Shown here: positions 31,800 to 43,905 of the stretch, in pieces
How the letters are laid out: the number at the start of each line of letters is the position of its first letter
How positions within the stretch are numbered: position 1 is the stretch's first letter
Source of the DNA: an uncultured Armatimonadia bacterium
GTDB taxonomy: Bacteria > Armatimonadota > Zipacnadia > CAVVLO01
NCBI GenBank assembly: GCA_963749155.1
Contig: CAVVLO010000001.1
Span: 896,001-960,000, forward strand
DNA length: 64,000 bases
Reading direction: 5' to 3'
Made by a program: the position numbers and the translations under genes
The notes under the pieces: model-generated
The model's input: only the letters and a program-made list of their open reading frames with translations
Told to the model about the DNA's origin: nothing
The model's database searches: none

Positions 31800-34462
31800 A
31801 TGACCCAACCGCTAGACCTGGCCAAGTTCGACCAGCCGTATGATCCAGGCACTACCGAGACCAGATGGTATGCCTACTGGATGGAACGCGGCTATTTTAG
31901 CCCCGATATGAATAGCGCCGCGCCGCGCTATTGCATCACCATCCCGCCGCCGAACGTCACAGGCTCGCTCCATATGGGGCACGCACTGTGTTATACGCTG
32001 CACGACATCCTCGTGCGCTACAAGAAGATGAAGGGCTTCAATGTGCTGTGCCTGCCTGGCACTGACCATGCCCGGCATCGGCACCCAGGCGAAGGTGGAA
32101 GACCAACTCGCCTCCGAAGGGCTGACACGCCACGATTTGGGCCGGGAGGCCTTCCTCGAGCGGATGTGGGCCTGGAAGGAGAAGTACGGCAATACCATAC
32201 TCTCGCAGTTCCAGGCGATGGGGTATGCCTTCGACTGGTCGCGCACCCGGTTCACGATGGACGAGGGGTATACCGAGGCCATCCTCGAGGCCTTTGTGCG
32301 CTTCTACAACGACGGGCTCATTTATCGCGGGGCGCGCATCGTCAACTGGTGCCCGCGCTGCGGGACGGCGCTTTCCGACCTGGAAGTCGAACACGAAGAC
32401 CATGCAAGCCATCTCTGGCATCTGCGCTACCCGCTGGCGGACGGCTCAGGCGAGGTGATCGTGGCGACTACCCGGCCTGAGACAATGCTTGGGGACACAG
32501 GCGTGGCGGTTCATCCCTCGGACAAACGCTACCAGGAGCTGGTGGGGAAGGACGTCCTCCTGCCGCTTATGAACCGGCACATCCCCATCGTGGCCGATCA
32601 CGTGGTGGACCCGGAATTTGGCACAGGCGCGGTCAAGGTGACCCCGGCGCATGATCCCAACGACTGGGATATCTCCGAGCGCGCGGGGCTGCCCAAGCTG
32701 ACTGTTATCGGCAAGGACGGCGTGATGACCGAAGAGGCCGGCGCTTATGCTGGCCTGGACCGGTTTGAGGCTCGAAGGCGCGTCGTGGCCGATTTGGAAG
32801 CCCAGGGCCTACTGCTGAAAATCGACGACTACGCCCATTCGGTAGGCCAGTGTTCGCGCTGCAAGACCGTTATCGAGCCTCTGCTGGCCGAGCAGTGGTT
32901 CGTCAAGATGAAGCCCCTGGCCGAGAAAGGCATCCAGCTTGTCAAAGAAGGCAAAGTGCGTTTCGTGCCCGACCGGTTTACCCGCTTCTACCTGGAGTGG
33001 ATGGAGAACCTGCGCGACTGGTGTATCTCGCGGCAGATCTGGTGGGGCCATCGCATCCCCATCTTCACCTGCCTGGACTGCGGCTATCAGTGGGCTGCCA
33101 AGGAAGTGCCCACAAATTGCCCCCAGTGCCCCTCCTCCAGTATCGAACAGGACCCGGACGTACTGGATACCTGGTTCAGCAGCGCGCTATGGCCTTTCGC
33201 GACGCTGGGCTGGCCGCGCGACACCGCTGAGATGAAACTGTTCTACCCAACTGACATCCTTATCACGGCGCGCGACATCCTGTACCTGTGGGTTGCACGG
33301 ATGATGATGACCAGCGCCTGGTTTGAGGGCACTGAACCCTTCGCGGATGTCTATATCTACGCGACAGTGCTCAACCACGAGGGCCGGCGGATGAGCAAGT
33401 CGCTGGGAACAGGCGTTGATCCCCTCGACATCACCGAGCATTATGGCACCGATGCCTTGCGGTTTGGACTTATCTCCCAGGCGGCCACAGGGCAGGACTT
33501 GCGTTTCGGCACGGAGCGCGTCGAGATGAGTCGCAACTTCTGCAACAAGCTCTGGAATGCTTCGCGCTTCATTCTGAGCAACCTGGCGGACGCGCCACTC
33601 GAGGCACTGCAGGAACCACTCAAACCGACCGAACTTATCGACCGCTGGCTGCTTTCGCGTTATGCGGCAACCATCGAGCAGGTAAGCCGGGGCATCGAGG
33701 AATATAACTTCAACGAGGCCGCTCTGACTTTGCGCACCTTTGTCTGGAACGAGCTTTGCGACTGGTACATCGAGCTGGCCAAGCCGCGTTTCCTGGGGGA
33801 GGACGAGGGGCAGAAGCGCACCGTGCAGGCCATCCTGTATCAGGTGCTGCGCGGCAGCATCGCACTGATGCACCCCTTCATGCCTTTCCTTACAGAAGAG
33901 CTTTATCAGAGCCTGCCAGGCCACGGCGAGAGCGTGATGCTGGAAGCCTGGCCGGAAGAGGGCGCTTCTTTCCGCGATGAAGGCGCAGAAGCTGCGATGG
34001 CCCAGCTTATGGACGTCGTAACAGCAGCCCGGAATCTGCGTGCTGAACTTGGCATCTCGCCTCAGCAACGCGTGCCCAAAGGCCTATGTCAGCGGCGATG
34101 AGGCAGAGTTGGCGCTACTTTCCGCCAATGACCTGATGCTGAGGGCGCTTGCCCGGATAGAAGAAGTCGCTTATGTGGCCGAGGCGGACAAACCCGCCAA
34201 GGCAATGTCGGCCCTCGCCGGCAAGCTTACCCTTTACGTGCCTCTTGAAGGCCTTGTGGACCTTGATCAGGAAGTAGCCCGGGTCGAGAAAGAACTTGCC
34301 GTGGTACTGGTCGAATTAAAGCGCGTGCAGGGCAAACTCGGCAACGAGCAGTTCATCGCTCGCGCCCCTGCCGACGTCGTGGAAAAGGAGCGTGCCAAGC
34401 TGGCGGAGTTCCAGGAGCAGCAATCGAAGTTCGAGGAGCGCCTTGCCCAGCTCAAGGGATGA
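31800..34462 (+). CDS. valS: Valyl-tRNA synthetase; apparent single-base insertions near 32070 and 34080
   Basis: PPPNVTGSLHMGHA, ATTRPET, DWCISRQ.WWGHRIP, DVLDTWFSS, RMSKS, C-terminal coiled coil GKLGNEQF..RAP. Confidence 0.96.
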
Positions 34463-35731
34463 CCTACGAACAAGCCGTAGAATGGCTTGAGGAAGCGTTG
34501 CGTTTTGGGCCCGGCATCAAGCCGGGCCTCGAACGCATCGAGGCCTTGTGCGAGCGCCTTGGCCACCCTGAGCGCGCCTTCCGCAGCACTCTGGTCGCTG
34601 GCACCAACGGCAAAGGCACTGTCACGGCGACCCTCTCGGCGTTGCTCTCTTCCCTCGGCCACAAGACCGCCGCTTACTTCTCGCCTCACCTGGTCAGCTA
34701 CTGTGAAAGGTATCGCATCGAAGGGGCCGATGTAACACCGGAAGACTTTACCTCGGCCATCGCCGAGGTGGCTTCGGTCGCCCCCTCGATGGAAGAACCT
34801 CCAACGCCCTTCGAGGCCTTAACCGGCGCGGCTTTTCTCCTCTTTCAGGCAAAGGGCGTCGAAGAGGCGGTTTTGGAAATCGGGATGGGCGGTAAAGGCG
34901 ATGCCACCAACATCGTCTCGCCGGCCCTCTCGGTCATCACGCATATCGCATTAGACCATTCCGAATGGCTCGGAGAAAGCCTGGAAGCCATCGCCTTGGA
35001 AAAGGCTGGCATTATGCGCGCGGGGGTACCAGTAATTCTTGGCCAAAGCGCCGAAGAGGCGCAATTGGCCTTGCGAGGTGCAGCTCGGCAGCTTGGCGCC
35101 CAGGTTTCTGAGGCGGGGAAGGACTTCACCTTCGGCCGGGTAGAACTCTCCGAGGCCGGCACGAGCTTCGATTATGCAAGCGAGGGCCTGGAAGGGCGTT
35201 TCACCACACCGCTAATCGGTCTGGCTCAGGCTCATAACACGGCACTCGCCCTTCAGGCCGCTGAATTGCTCGCCGGACCTTTTGCCTCAGAACAGGCCCA
35301 GGCGGGTCTTGACCAGGTGCGGCTGCCAGCGCGTTTCGAAGTACGTAAACTGGGCAGGAAAACAATCATCCTCGATGTCGGGCATAATCCTGATGCCATC
35401 GCTACCTTTATCAGCACCTGGCGCGCTGTCTTCGGCAAGCAGCGTTGCGCGCTGGTTTTCGGTGCGATGAAGGACAAGGACTGGCGCGAGGCGCTGCGCC
35501 AGCTTGCGCCTATCTGCCTGCGCTCTGTATGCCTGTCAGGCCGCCGGCATGAGGCCTGCTTCCTCTGGCGAGCTTGCGCATTTCGCGTCCGAGGCCGGCT
35601 TTGAGGCCGTTTTGGACTCGGGTTCAGTTGAACAGGCGGCTGCAGCCGCGCTTGCTGACGAGGCCAGGTTGGTCGCTATTGTTGGCTCTCACTATGTAGT
35701 TGGTGAAGCTCTGCAGGCAGGGCTAGGTTAG
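34459..35731 (+). CDS. folC: Folylpolyglutamate synthase/dihydrofolate synthase; apparent indel near 35520
   Basis: VAGTNGKG, SPHL...ER, E.GMGG..DATN, LDH...LG.....IA.EKAGI, LDVGHNP, GSHYVVG; valS-folC synteny. Confidence 0.92.
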
Positions 35732-35778
35732 CAAAACTTTTCAACTTTTTTCGCGGATGTAACCAACCAGACCCAGTT

Positions 35779-35795
35779 CTGGCACGCCTCTTGCA
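35779..35795 (+). promoter_or_regulatory. Sigma54 promoter
   Basis: CTGGCACGCCTCTTGCA, about 35 nt upstream of ATG 35831. Confidence 0.8.
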
Positions 35796-35830
35796 TATTC
35801 TCCCTGCAGCGTCTGAAGGGAGGTTGAGCT

Positions 35831-36553
35831 ATGCACCAACGTATTCTGGTAGTAGATGATGAGGCCGAGATCCTCGAGGTTATTGGCCAGGTATTGATCC
35901 AGCATGGTTTCGATGTGACATCGACGACCCTGGGCAGAGAAGCCCTGCGCCTTGCGGGCGAGATTGAGCCCGAGGCAGTCATCCTCGATGTGCGCCTGCC
36001 TGATATGGATGGCATCGACGTATGCCGCGCCATCAGGAAAGGCTCTACGGTGCCAATCCTGATGATGACAGGGGTCGCCAAGGAAGAGTTCGATCGGGTG
36101 CTTGGGCTGGAGATAGGCGCTGACGATTATCTCTGCAAGCCCTTCCACCTGCGCGAACTCGTAGCCCGCACCAAGGCGCTCATCCGGCGCAATCAGGAAT
36201 GGACCGCTCCCCCCGCGGCCAGGCACGAGCCCGAATTGCAACTTGGCAACCTGCGCCTCAGCCCCTTGCGCCATGAGGTCTGGCGCGGCAGCGAGCAAGT
36301 CCGACTGACCCCCAAGGAGTTCGAACTACTCGAATACCTGATGAAACAGCGCGGGGTGGCGCTGACCAGGGGCGAGTTGCTCAAACGCATCTGGGGGCTC
36401 GAGCTAAATATCAGCACACGCACTCTGGATGTCCATATCCGCCGCCTGAGGTCCAAGCTGGAAGAGGATCCCGACAATCCTCTGCTGATTGAGACCATCC
36501 CAGGCATTGGCTACAAGCTGGTAGAGCAGCAAGTGCTTGCCGAAGTGGAGTAG
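35831..36553 (+). CDS. OmpR/PhoB family response regulator (no adjacent kinase)
   Basis: ILVVDDE, ILDVRLPDMDG, GADDY..KPF, LTPKEFELL, RTLDVHIRRLR.KLE, IET..GIGY. Confidence 0.95.
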   Translation: MHQRILVVDDEAEILEVIGQVLIQHGFDVTSTTLGREALRLAGEIEPEAVILDVRLPDMDGIDVCRAIRKGSTVPILMMTGVAKEEFDRVLGLEIGADDYLCKPFHLRELVARTKALIRRNQEWTAPPAARHEPELQLGNLRLSPLRHEVWRGSEQVRLTPKEFELLEYLMKQRGVALTRGELLKRIWGLELNISTRTLDVHIRRLRSKLEEDPDNPLLIETIPGIGYKLVEQQVLAEVE

Positions 36554-36592
36554 TCCTGACCAAAACAAGGGGGCGCCTTCGGGCGCCCAGCC

Positions 36593-36622
36593 TTGATAGC
36601 CACGCCAAGGGACGCTTATAAT
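36593..36622 (+). promoter_or_regulatory. Sigma70-type promoter
   Basis: TTGATA-N18-TATAAT upstream of the activase-related operon. Confidence 0.5.
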
Positions 36623-36660
36623 GGGAGTTGGTAGCGTCGAGCTATCAAAGGATGGCTCCC

Positions 36661-37667
36661 ATGGCACCCAAAGTAGGCATCCCGCGGGCGTTGCACTATT
36701 ACAATTATTTCCCGCTTTGGAAGACCTTCTTCACCGAACTGGGCGCGAAGGTGGTCCTTTCGCCACCTACCAATCGCCGAGTATTGGATGCCGGGGTCAA
36801 ACATGCCTCCAGTGAAGTCTGCCTTCCAGTAAAGGTCTATCTGGGTCATATAGACGCCTTGCGCCATGAGGTAGATTATCTGTTTCGTGCCGCGCCTGGT
36901 GACCCTCGAAAAAGACGCTTACACCTGCCCCAAATATATTGGCCTGCCCGATTTGGTGCGCCACGCTTACCTGGACTTGCCACCTCTTATTGCGCCTCTC
37001 GTGGATGTTAAAAATCGTCCTGTGACCGCCGTTACCAGCGTGTTGAACGCTGGAATAAAGCTGGAAGGTAATCCCCTGCGCATCTGGCGCGCCCATAAAC
37101 GCGGCATACTGGTTCAGCAGGCTTTTGAGGCAGCACTCGAGCGTGGGGTAGACCTTAATCTGGCCCTTCAAACAGCCGAATCTCTCGGGCCGGCCGAATT
37201 CCTGGCTCAGGTAAAGAGGTTGCCAGCTCTCTGCCCTGGAGGCTGGGCTGAAGGTCGCCGTACTCGGCCATGAATACAATCTTTATGATGACCTGGTCAG
37301 TCAGCGCCTGGTTGCCAAGCTCAAGTCGATGGGAGCCACTGTCGTCACTGGCAAATCGGTCTCGCGCGCCCAAATCAAAGCTTCCCTCTCGCGCCTTGGC
37401 AAGACTCTGTTCTGGACCTTCGAGCGCGAGCTGCTGGGGGCAGCCTTCCACTTCCTTGATGATCCGACAATTGCCGGAGTAATCAACGTGGCCTCCTTTG
37501 AATGTGGCCCTGATTCTATGATCGACCAGTTGCTTGAATACGAGCGCTCCGAGCAGGCTTGTGCCCCTATGCTCAAACTCACCCTTGATGAGCATACAGG
37601 CGAGGCTGCCCTTGATACCCGGCTTGAAGCCTTCGTCGATATGTTGAAACGCGCGAGGACAGGATGA
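36661..37667 (+). CDS. Acyl-CoA dehydratase activase-related protein (DUF2229-like); apparent indels near 36885 and 37235
   Basis: KVGIPRAL, W.TFF.ELG..VV.S..T, CLPVK...GH, PR......YTCPK..GLPD, F.CGPDS, DEHTGEA...TRLEAF across three ORFs. Confidence 0.82.
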
Positions 37668-38761
37668 GCGCTGGCTCCAGGCGTGTCACTTGTCCTCATA
37701 TGGGCCATCTCTACCTGGGGATGCGCGCCATTGCCAGGCGCGCCGGCGTGGAATATATCGAGCCTCCCAGGCCCAATAAGGCTTGCCTCGAGCTAGGCGC
37801 GAAGTATTCGCCCGAGTTTGCCTGTCTTCCCCTCAAGGTAAATGTTGGGACCTATATCCAGGCTCTTGAACAAGGCGCCGATACTCTCATCCAGGGCGGG
37901 GGCACTGGCCCTTGTCGGTTTGGATATTATGGCGAAGTCCAGACGCGCATACTCCGCAAGCTCGGTTACGACTTCGAGCTGCTGGTGGTAGAAGCCCCCG
38001 ATAATGGCGACTGGAAGGCCTTTGCTCATCGAATCCGCGCGATAAATCCCAGGCTGGGCTGGCTGGGCTGGCTGGACGCTCTGCTTTTTGGCGCAGCCAA
38101 AGTAGCCGCGGCAGATCGGCTGGAAGCTTATTCCTATTGGGTACGCCCCCGAGAAACTGAGTTGGGTGCTACTTCAGCAGCCCTTAAGAAGGCTCTCGAG
38201 TGGATTGATGAAGCCGCTTCCAGAAAACTTCTGAAGCAAGCCGAAAAGGCAGGACGCGCTTTACTTGAGGCCGTACCTATCAACCAGGCAGTGGCTCCAC
38301 CAAAGCTGCTGCTCGTGGGCGAAATCTACGTTGTCCTCGAACCTTTCGTCAATATGAACGCCCCAGTCTTGCTGGGAGAGCTGGGTATCGAAGTCACAAC
38401 CAAACTCTGCCTGAGTAGCTGGGTGCGAGAACATCTCCTGCTGGGGCCTCTCGGGCTGGGTTCTCGTCGATTCAAGCTGGCTGCCAAGCCTTTCCTGGGG
38501 TATCCGGTTGGGGGAGAGGGCCTTGAGAGTGTTGGCTATTCTGTAATGGCTGCGCGGGAGGGGATAGATGGCATCGTGCATCTGATGCCCTTTACCTGTA
38601 TGCCCGAGACCATCGCGGCCAGTGCACTTGATAGAATCGGGCAGCTTTATGAGGTGCCGATACTGCGGCTTGTTTTCGATGAACAGACAGGTGAGGCGGG
38701 AGTCAAGACCAGACTCGAGGCCTTTGCCGACTTATTGAAGCGTTGTAAAGTTAGAAATTAG
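37664..38761 (+). CDS. 2-hydroxyacyl-CoA dehydratase-related (CoA activase associated) protein
   Basis: PHMG, G..YSPE.ACLP.K...G, GPCRFG.Y, LVGEIY, PFTCMPE, DEQTGEAG..TRLEAF. Confidence 0.82.
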   Translation: MSAGSRRVTCPHMGHLYLGMRAIARRAGVEYIEPPRPNKACLELGAKYSPEFACLPLKVNVGTYIQALEQGADTLIQGGGTGPCRFGYYGEVQTRILRKLGYDFELLVVEAPDNGDWKAFAHRIRAINPRLGWLGWLDALLFGAAKVAAADRLEAYSYWVRPRETELGATSAALKKALEWIDEAASRKLLKQAEKAGRALLEAVPINQAVAPPKLLLVGEIYVVLEPFVNMNAPVLLGELGIEVTTKLCLSSWVREHLLLGPLGLGSRRFKLAAKPFLGYPVGGEGLESVGYSVMAAREGIDGIVHLMPFTCMPETIAASALDRIGQLYEVPILRLVFDEQTGEAGVKTRLEAFADLLKRCKVRN

Positions 38762-38779
38762 CCTTGACAAAGGGAGCTT

Positions 38780-39745
38780 ATGGACGTTTTTCTTGGGATA
38801 GATGTAGGTTCGGTCAGCACTAATCTGGCCGCTCTGGATTCAGCAGGCCAGGTGCTGGCGACGGTCTACCTGCGCACGGGCGGAGGGCCGATAAAGGCCA
38901 TCCAGCGTGGCGTGGCCGAACTGCGCGGTAAACTGCCGGACTCGACCCAGGTGCTTGGCGCAGGGGCTACCGGCAGCGCTCGCACCTTGACAGGAGCGCT
39001 TATAGGCGCCGATGTCGTGAAAAACGAGATAACCGCTCATGCGGTGGCAGATTGCGCGCTGGTGCCTGCCGTGCGCACCATAATCGAGATAGGCGGGCAG
39101 GACTCCAAGATCATCCTCGTGCGCGATGGTGTCCCTGTCGATTTCGCTATGAATACCGTCTGCGCGGCTGGCACAGGCAGCTTTCTTGATCATCAGGCCG
39201 AAAGGCTTGGAGTACCTATTGAAGACTTTGGCGACTATGCCTTGAGAGCTGCGCAGGCCGTCCGCATAGCTGGCCGCTGCACTGTCTTTGCCGAGTCGGA
39301 TATGATCCACAAGCAGCAACTAGGAGTGCCGCGCGAAGAGATAATCAGAGGACTTTGTGAGGCCCTCGTGCGAAATTATCTGACCAATGTCGCAAAGGGG
39401 AAGGAGTTGCTGCCTCCAGTTGTCTTCGAAGGGGGCGTTGCAGCCAATAAAGGCATCCGGAAGGCCTTTGAAGAGGCGCTTGGGCTGGAAGTTTTTGTCC
39501 CGGAACACTACGGTGAGATGGGCGCTATTGGCGCTGCGATGCTTGCCCAGGAAGAATATGCCGGCAAAGGCGCGCCGACGCGTTTCAAAGGCTTCGAACT
39601 GGCCGAGGCGGCTTTCACGGCCAAAGTCTTCGAGTGTGAAGGCTGTTCCAATTACTGTGAAATAACCAGCGTCTACGAAGGAGAAACACTTATTGGTCGC
39701 TGGGGTGGACGATGTGGCCGCTGGGACCTTTCCCGAACGCCTTAG
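38780..39745 (+). CDS. Acyl-CoA dehydratase activase (HgdC/BadF-BadG-BcrA-BcrD ATPase family)
   Basis: LGIDVGSVST, TGS.R, NEITAH, EIGGQDSK, MN..CAAGTGSFL, RCTVFAES, GGVAAN. Confidence 0.92.
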   Translation: MDVFLGIDVGSVSTNLAALDSAGQVLATVYLRTGGGPIKAIQRGVAELRGKLPDSTQVLGAGATGSARTLTGALIGADVVKNEITAHAVADCALVPAVRTIIEIGGQDSKIILVRDGVPVDFAMNTVCAAGTGSFLDHQAERLGVPIEDFGDYALRAAQAVRIAGRCTVFAESDMIHKQQLGVPREEIIRGLCEALVRNYLTNVAKGKELLPPVVFEGGVAANKGIRKAFEEALGLEVFVPEHYGEMGAIGAAMLAQEEYAGKGAPTRFKGFELAEAAFTAKVFECEGCSNYCEITSVYEGETLIGRWGGRCGRWDLSRTP

Positions 39746-39800
39746 GGGCAGGCCGGGGGCACGTTTCGACAAAGTTTTTGAAAATCCTTCTGCCAGACCA

Positions 39801-39829
39801 TTGACCTCTTCGAAAGGGGCTCCTATAAT
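39801..39829 (+). promoter_or_regulatory. Sigma70-type promoter upstream of sigH
   Basis: TTGACC-N17-TATAAT. Confidence 0.65.
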
Positions 39830-40021
39830 TTGCCTTAGCGAGGACAGATGGGCCTGTACCCTAAAATTACTACGCAGACTAAGCCGCAGAAAGGTATAAG
39901 CCTTTGGGGAAAGCCACCACAACGACGCTCGCGCTGGGAGGTGAACACCTCTAGAGCTCTCTCGGTCTCTTCGTTCGGTCGAATTTTTTCTTATTCACCA
40001 CCGATTTGGAGGAGAAGCTGA

Positions 40022-40693
40022 ATGGCGCAGCCCCGAGCGGCGGTCTCGGTTTCTAATTATGTAACTATGCGAGACGAGGAAATTGTCGCGATGGCCAAGT
40101 GTGGCGATGACCTGGCGACGAAATACCTCCTTAGAAAGTATAGAGGTCTTGTAGAAGGCAAAGCACGGAATTACTTCCTGGCAGGCGCGGACCACGAAGA
40201 CGTGGTGCAGGAAGGGATGATTGGGCTCTACAAGGCGGTCAGGGATTACAACCCTGACAAACTTGCTGCTTTCCACTCTTTTGCCGAACTTTGCATCACC
40301 AGGCAAATCATCACTGCGGTCAAAACTGCCAGCAGGCAGAAGCATGTAGCTCTCAACACCTGTGTTTCCCTCGAAGCTCCAATTGGCGATGAAGACTCCT
40401 CTCGCACCCTTAGCGAAACTCTCGGCGAACCCTCAAGTGGCGATCCGGAGCGGGTCTTGATTAGCAAGCAGTTTGCCAAGGAGATCATCCGGCGCATCAA
40501 GCGCGAGCTAAGCGAACTGGAAGCAAGCGCTCTGCAGCATTATCTCGACGGTAAGTCCTACCAGGAGATCGCTGGCTGTCTTGGGCGTCATATGAAACAG
40601 GTTGACAATGCCTTGCAGCGGGCCAAGCGGAAGATTGCTCGCACGATAGATTCTCTGCATGAAGGATGCAACATACCTGAAGAATTCGCTTGA
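40022..40693 (+). CDS. sigH: RNA polymerase sigma factor SigH-like
   Basis: YFL.GAD.ED..QEGMIGLYKA.RDY, FAELCITRQIITAVK.A.RQKH..LN, GKSYQEIA, DNALQR.KRK; upstream of rpmG-secE-nusG. Confidence 0.88.
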   Translation: MAQPRAAVSVSNYVTMRDEEIVAMAKCGDDLATKYLLRKYRGLVEGKARNYFLAGADHEDVVQEGMIGLYKAVRDYNPDKLAAFHSFAELCITRQIITAVKTASRQKHVALNTCVSLEAPIGDEDSSRTLSETLGEPSSGDPERVLISKQFAKEIIRRIKRELSELEASALQHYLDGKSYQEIAGCLGRHMKQVDNALQRAKRKIARTIDSLHEGCNIPEEFA

Positions 40694-40699
40694 GAGCCG

Positions 40700-40727
40700 T
40701 TGACTCGCTGGCAGGTTGTGCTATAAT
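40700..40727 (+). promoter_or_regulatory. Sigma70-type promoter of the tRNA-tuf operon
   Basis: TTGACT-N16-TATAAT with extended -10 TGn. Confidence 0.7.
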
Positions 40728-40755
40728 CCTGCCGCAAACGTGTAACGGCCGAAGC

Positions 40756-40830
40756 GCCGGCGTAGCTCAGTGGTAGAGCAGCTGATTTGTAATCAGCTGG
40801 TCATCCGTTCGAATCGGATCGTCGGCTCCA
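40756..40830 (+). tRNA. tRNA-Thr(TGT)
   Basis: GCCGGCG acceptor, TAGCTCAG D-arm, CTGAT-ttTGTaa-TCAG anticodon arm, GTTCGAATC, encoded CCA. Confidence 0.95.
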
Positions 40831-40888
40831 TTGTCGATAGAACCCTTAGCCCGCGCCTGCCGTGGCGCGGGCTGTTGTTGAGGCTAGT

Positions 40889-40974
40889 GGAGGGATACCC
40901 GAGTGGCCAAAGGGGGCAGACTGTAAATCTGCTGGCGTAAGCCTACGGAGGTTCAAATCCTCCTCCCTCCACCA
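40889..40974 (+). tRNA. tRNA-Tyr(GTA)
   Basis: GGAGGGA acceptor, GCAGA-ctGTAaa-TCTGC, long variable arm, GTTCAAATC, ACCA. Confidence 0.96.
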
Positions 40975-41011
40975 TCTCGCCCAACTTAATACTTGACTAA
41001 CGGGCTGTCAG

Positions 41012-41087
41012 GCCCACGTAGCTCAGTCGGCAGAGCGTGTCCTTGGTAAGGACAAGGTCACCGGTTCGATCCCGGTCGTGGGCTCCA
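41012..41087 (+). tRNA. tRNA-Thr(GGT)
   Basis: GCCCACG acceptor, TGTCC-ttGGTaa-GGACA, GTTCGATC, CCA. Confidence 0.95.
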
Positions 41088-41189
41088 CTTGTGCCTGTTG
41101 GTCGTCCGTGGTACCATTCGGCGGCACTGCAAGACATGCCTTGCTCGGCTGAGGGCCGGTTAGGTCTATAGAGTGGGAGGAATCCAGGA

Positions 41190-42392
<1,203 letters not shown>

Positions 42393-42413
42393 GCAAGCTG
42401 GGAGTGAATAGAA

Positions 42414-42578
42414 GTGCCAGCCGAACTGATAGTACTTGAATGTGACGTGTGCAAAGCGCTTAACTTTGTTAAGGGCAAGAACAAGCGGACTATGGGCAAT
42501 AAAAAGTTGGCGTTCAACAAGTTTTGCCCGACTTGCCGCAAGCACACTGCTCACAAAGAAACGAGACTGCGCGACTAG
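42414..42578 (+). CDS. rpmG: 50S ribosomal protein L33 (Zn-binding form)
   Basis: Manual translation from GTG: MPAELIVLECDVCKALNFVKGKNKRTMGNKKLAFNKFCPTCRKHTAHKETRLRD; below the ORF track cutoff; tuf-rpmG-tRNA-Trp-secE synteny. Confidence 0.93.
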   Translation: MPAELIVLECDVCKALNFVKGKNKRTMGNKKLAFNKFCPTCRKHTAHKETRLRD

Positions 42579-42593
42579 CGCTGTCTGCTATGC

Positions 42594-42669
42594 AGGCCTG
42601 TAGCTCAATTGGCAGAGCGGCGGTCTCCAAAACCGTAGGTTGCAGGTTCAAGTCCTGTCAGGCCTGCCA
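42594..42669 (+). tRNA. tRNA-Trp(CCA)
   Basis: AGGCCTG acceptor, CGGT-ctCCAaa-ACCG, GTTCAAGTC, GCCA. Confidence 0.96.
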
Positions 42670-42689
42670 TCCTCTTTCGGGGAACCTTT

Positions 42690-42908
42690 ATGAATGAGAA
42701 GAAAGCAAATATCTTTGTACGCGCTTACAAGGCAGTCACTGGTTTCTTCAGCGACGTGTATGCTGAGGTTACCCGAGTGGTCTGGCCGTCGCGTGAAGAT
42801 CTGACCACCTTGACCGGAGTAGTGCTTATTGCGGTCATCACGGTGGGAGCTTTTGTTGCAATACTAACCCTCATCTTTGAGGCGATTTTCTCGCACATCG
42901 GTGTGTAG
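42690..42908 (+). CDS. secE: Preprotein translocase subunit SecE
   Basis: FF..V..EV.RV.WPSR followed by a TM helix; synteny. Confidence 0.92.
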   Translation: MNEKKANIFVRAYKAVTGFFSDVYAEVTRVVWPSREDLTTLTGVVLIAVITVGAFVAILTLIFEAIFSHIGV

Positions 42909-42932
42909 AAACGGAGCGTCAGTGAGCAGCCA

Positions 42933-43448
42933 ATGAAGTGGTTCGCAGTCCATACCCTTACAGGGCAAGAGAACAAGGTGCAGCGCAGCATCGAGCGGCT
43001 TGCAAAAACCGCTGGACTGAGTCGCAGCATCGGGCGCGTTCTTGTGCCGACTGAAGAGGAAATCAAGATGAGTGGGGGCAAGAAGCGCCGCATCAAGCGG
43101 AAGGTCTTCCCCGGCTACATCCTGGTCCAGGCCGAACTCGACGACGCAACGTGGCATTTCATACGTAACACCGCGGGTGTTACGGGATTCGTTGGAAGCG
43201 GGCGCAGGCCTGTGCCCCTGGTAGATGGCGAAGTGCAGGCTATCCTGCGTCGCATCGGAGAGGGCGGCAAGCCGCGTATTGCATACACCGAAGGGGAAAC
43301 TGTGCGTATTATCCATGGTCCCTTCGAGCAACAGGCGGGGAAGGTCGAAGAGGTCTTCCCGCAGCGCGAGAAGCTGCGCGTCCTGGTCTCGGTCTTCGGA
43401 CGCGAGACTCCCGTGGAGCTCGATTTCGCGCATGTAGAGAAGCTTTAG
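42933..43448 (+). CDS. nusG: Transcription termination/antitermination factor NusG
   Basis: [27 protein letters not shown] motif [14 protein letters not shown]. Confidence 0.97.
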   Translation: MKWFAVHTLTGQENKVQRSIERLAKTAGLSRSIGRVLVPTEEEIKMSGGKKRRIKRKVFPGYILVQAELDDATWHFIRNTAGVTGFVGSGRRPVPLVDGEVQAILRRIGEGGKPRIAYTEGETVRIIHGPFEQQAGKVEEVFPQREKLRVLVSVFGRETPVELDFAHVEKL

Positions 43449-43462
43449 GACGGTGAGTTCCG

Positions 43463-43888
43463 TTGGCAAAGAAAGTACTGGCCAAGGTTAGGCTGCAGAT
43501 AAATGCGGGTCAGGCAAATCCTGCTCCCCCGGTCGGCAGCGCGCTAGGGCCTCATGGCATAAACCTTATGGAGTTCTGTAAGTCTTTCAATGAGAAGACG
43601 CAGAAGCAGGTTGGCCTGATCATCCCTTGTGACATTACGATTTATGCGGATCGCAGCTTCAGCTTTCTGTTGAGGACTCCACCCGCAGCTGTGCTGCTGA
43701 AGAAAGCAGCCGGCATCCCGAAAGGGTCAAGCGCCAATGTACGTGAGAAAATCGGCACCGTTACCATGGCTCAAGTCAGAGAGATTGCCCAGAGCAAGCT
43801 CGTAGATTTGAACACGGACGATCTGGACGCCGCTTCACGCATCATCCTCGGAACGGCTCGCAGTATGGGCCTTACCGTGACCGACTAA
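43463..43888 (+). CDS. rplK: 50S ribosomal protein L11
   Basis: [31 protein letters not shown]. Confidence 0.98.
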   Translation: MAKKVLAKVRLQINAGQANPAPPVGSALGPHGINLMEFCKSFNEKTQKQVGLIIPCDITIYADRSFSFLLRTPPAAVLLKKAAGIPKGSSANVREKIGTVTMAQVREIAQSKLVDLNTDDLDAASRIILGTARSMGLTVTD

Positions 43889-43905
43889 CGAGGTGCACCG
43901 GTAAG

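Noticed and set aside
31800..34462. valS (and metG, mfd, folC) as pseudogenes or programmed frameshifts
   Set aside because: Essential genes with otherwise intact motifs and no recognisable slippery-site signal; sequencing error is more parsimonious
39765..39771. Spo0A box (TTCGACA) upstream of sigH and an inference of sporulation
   Set aside because: A single 7-mer is expected by chance; sigH and PSP1 also occur in non-sporulating bacteria
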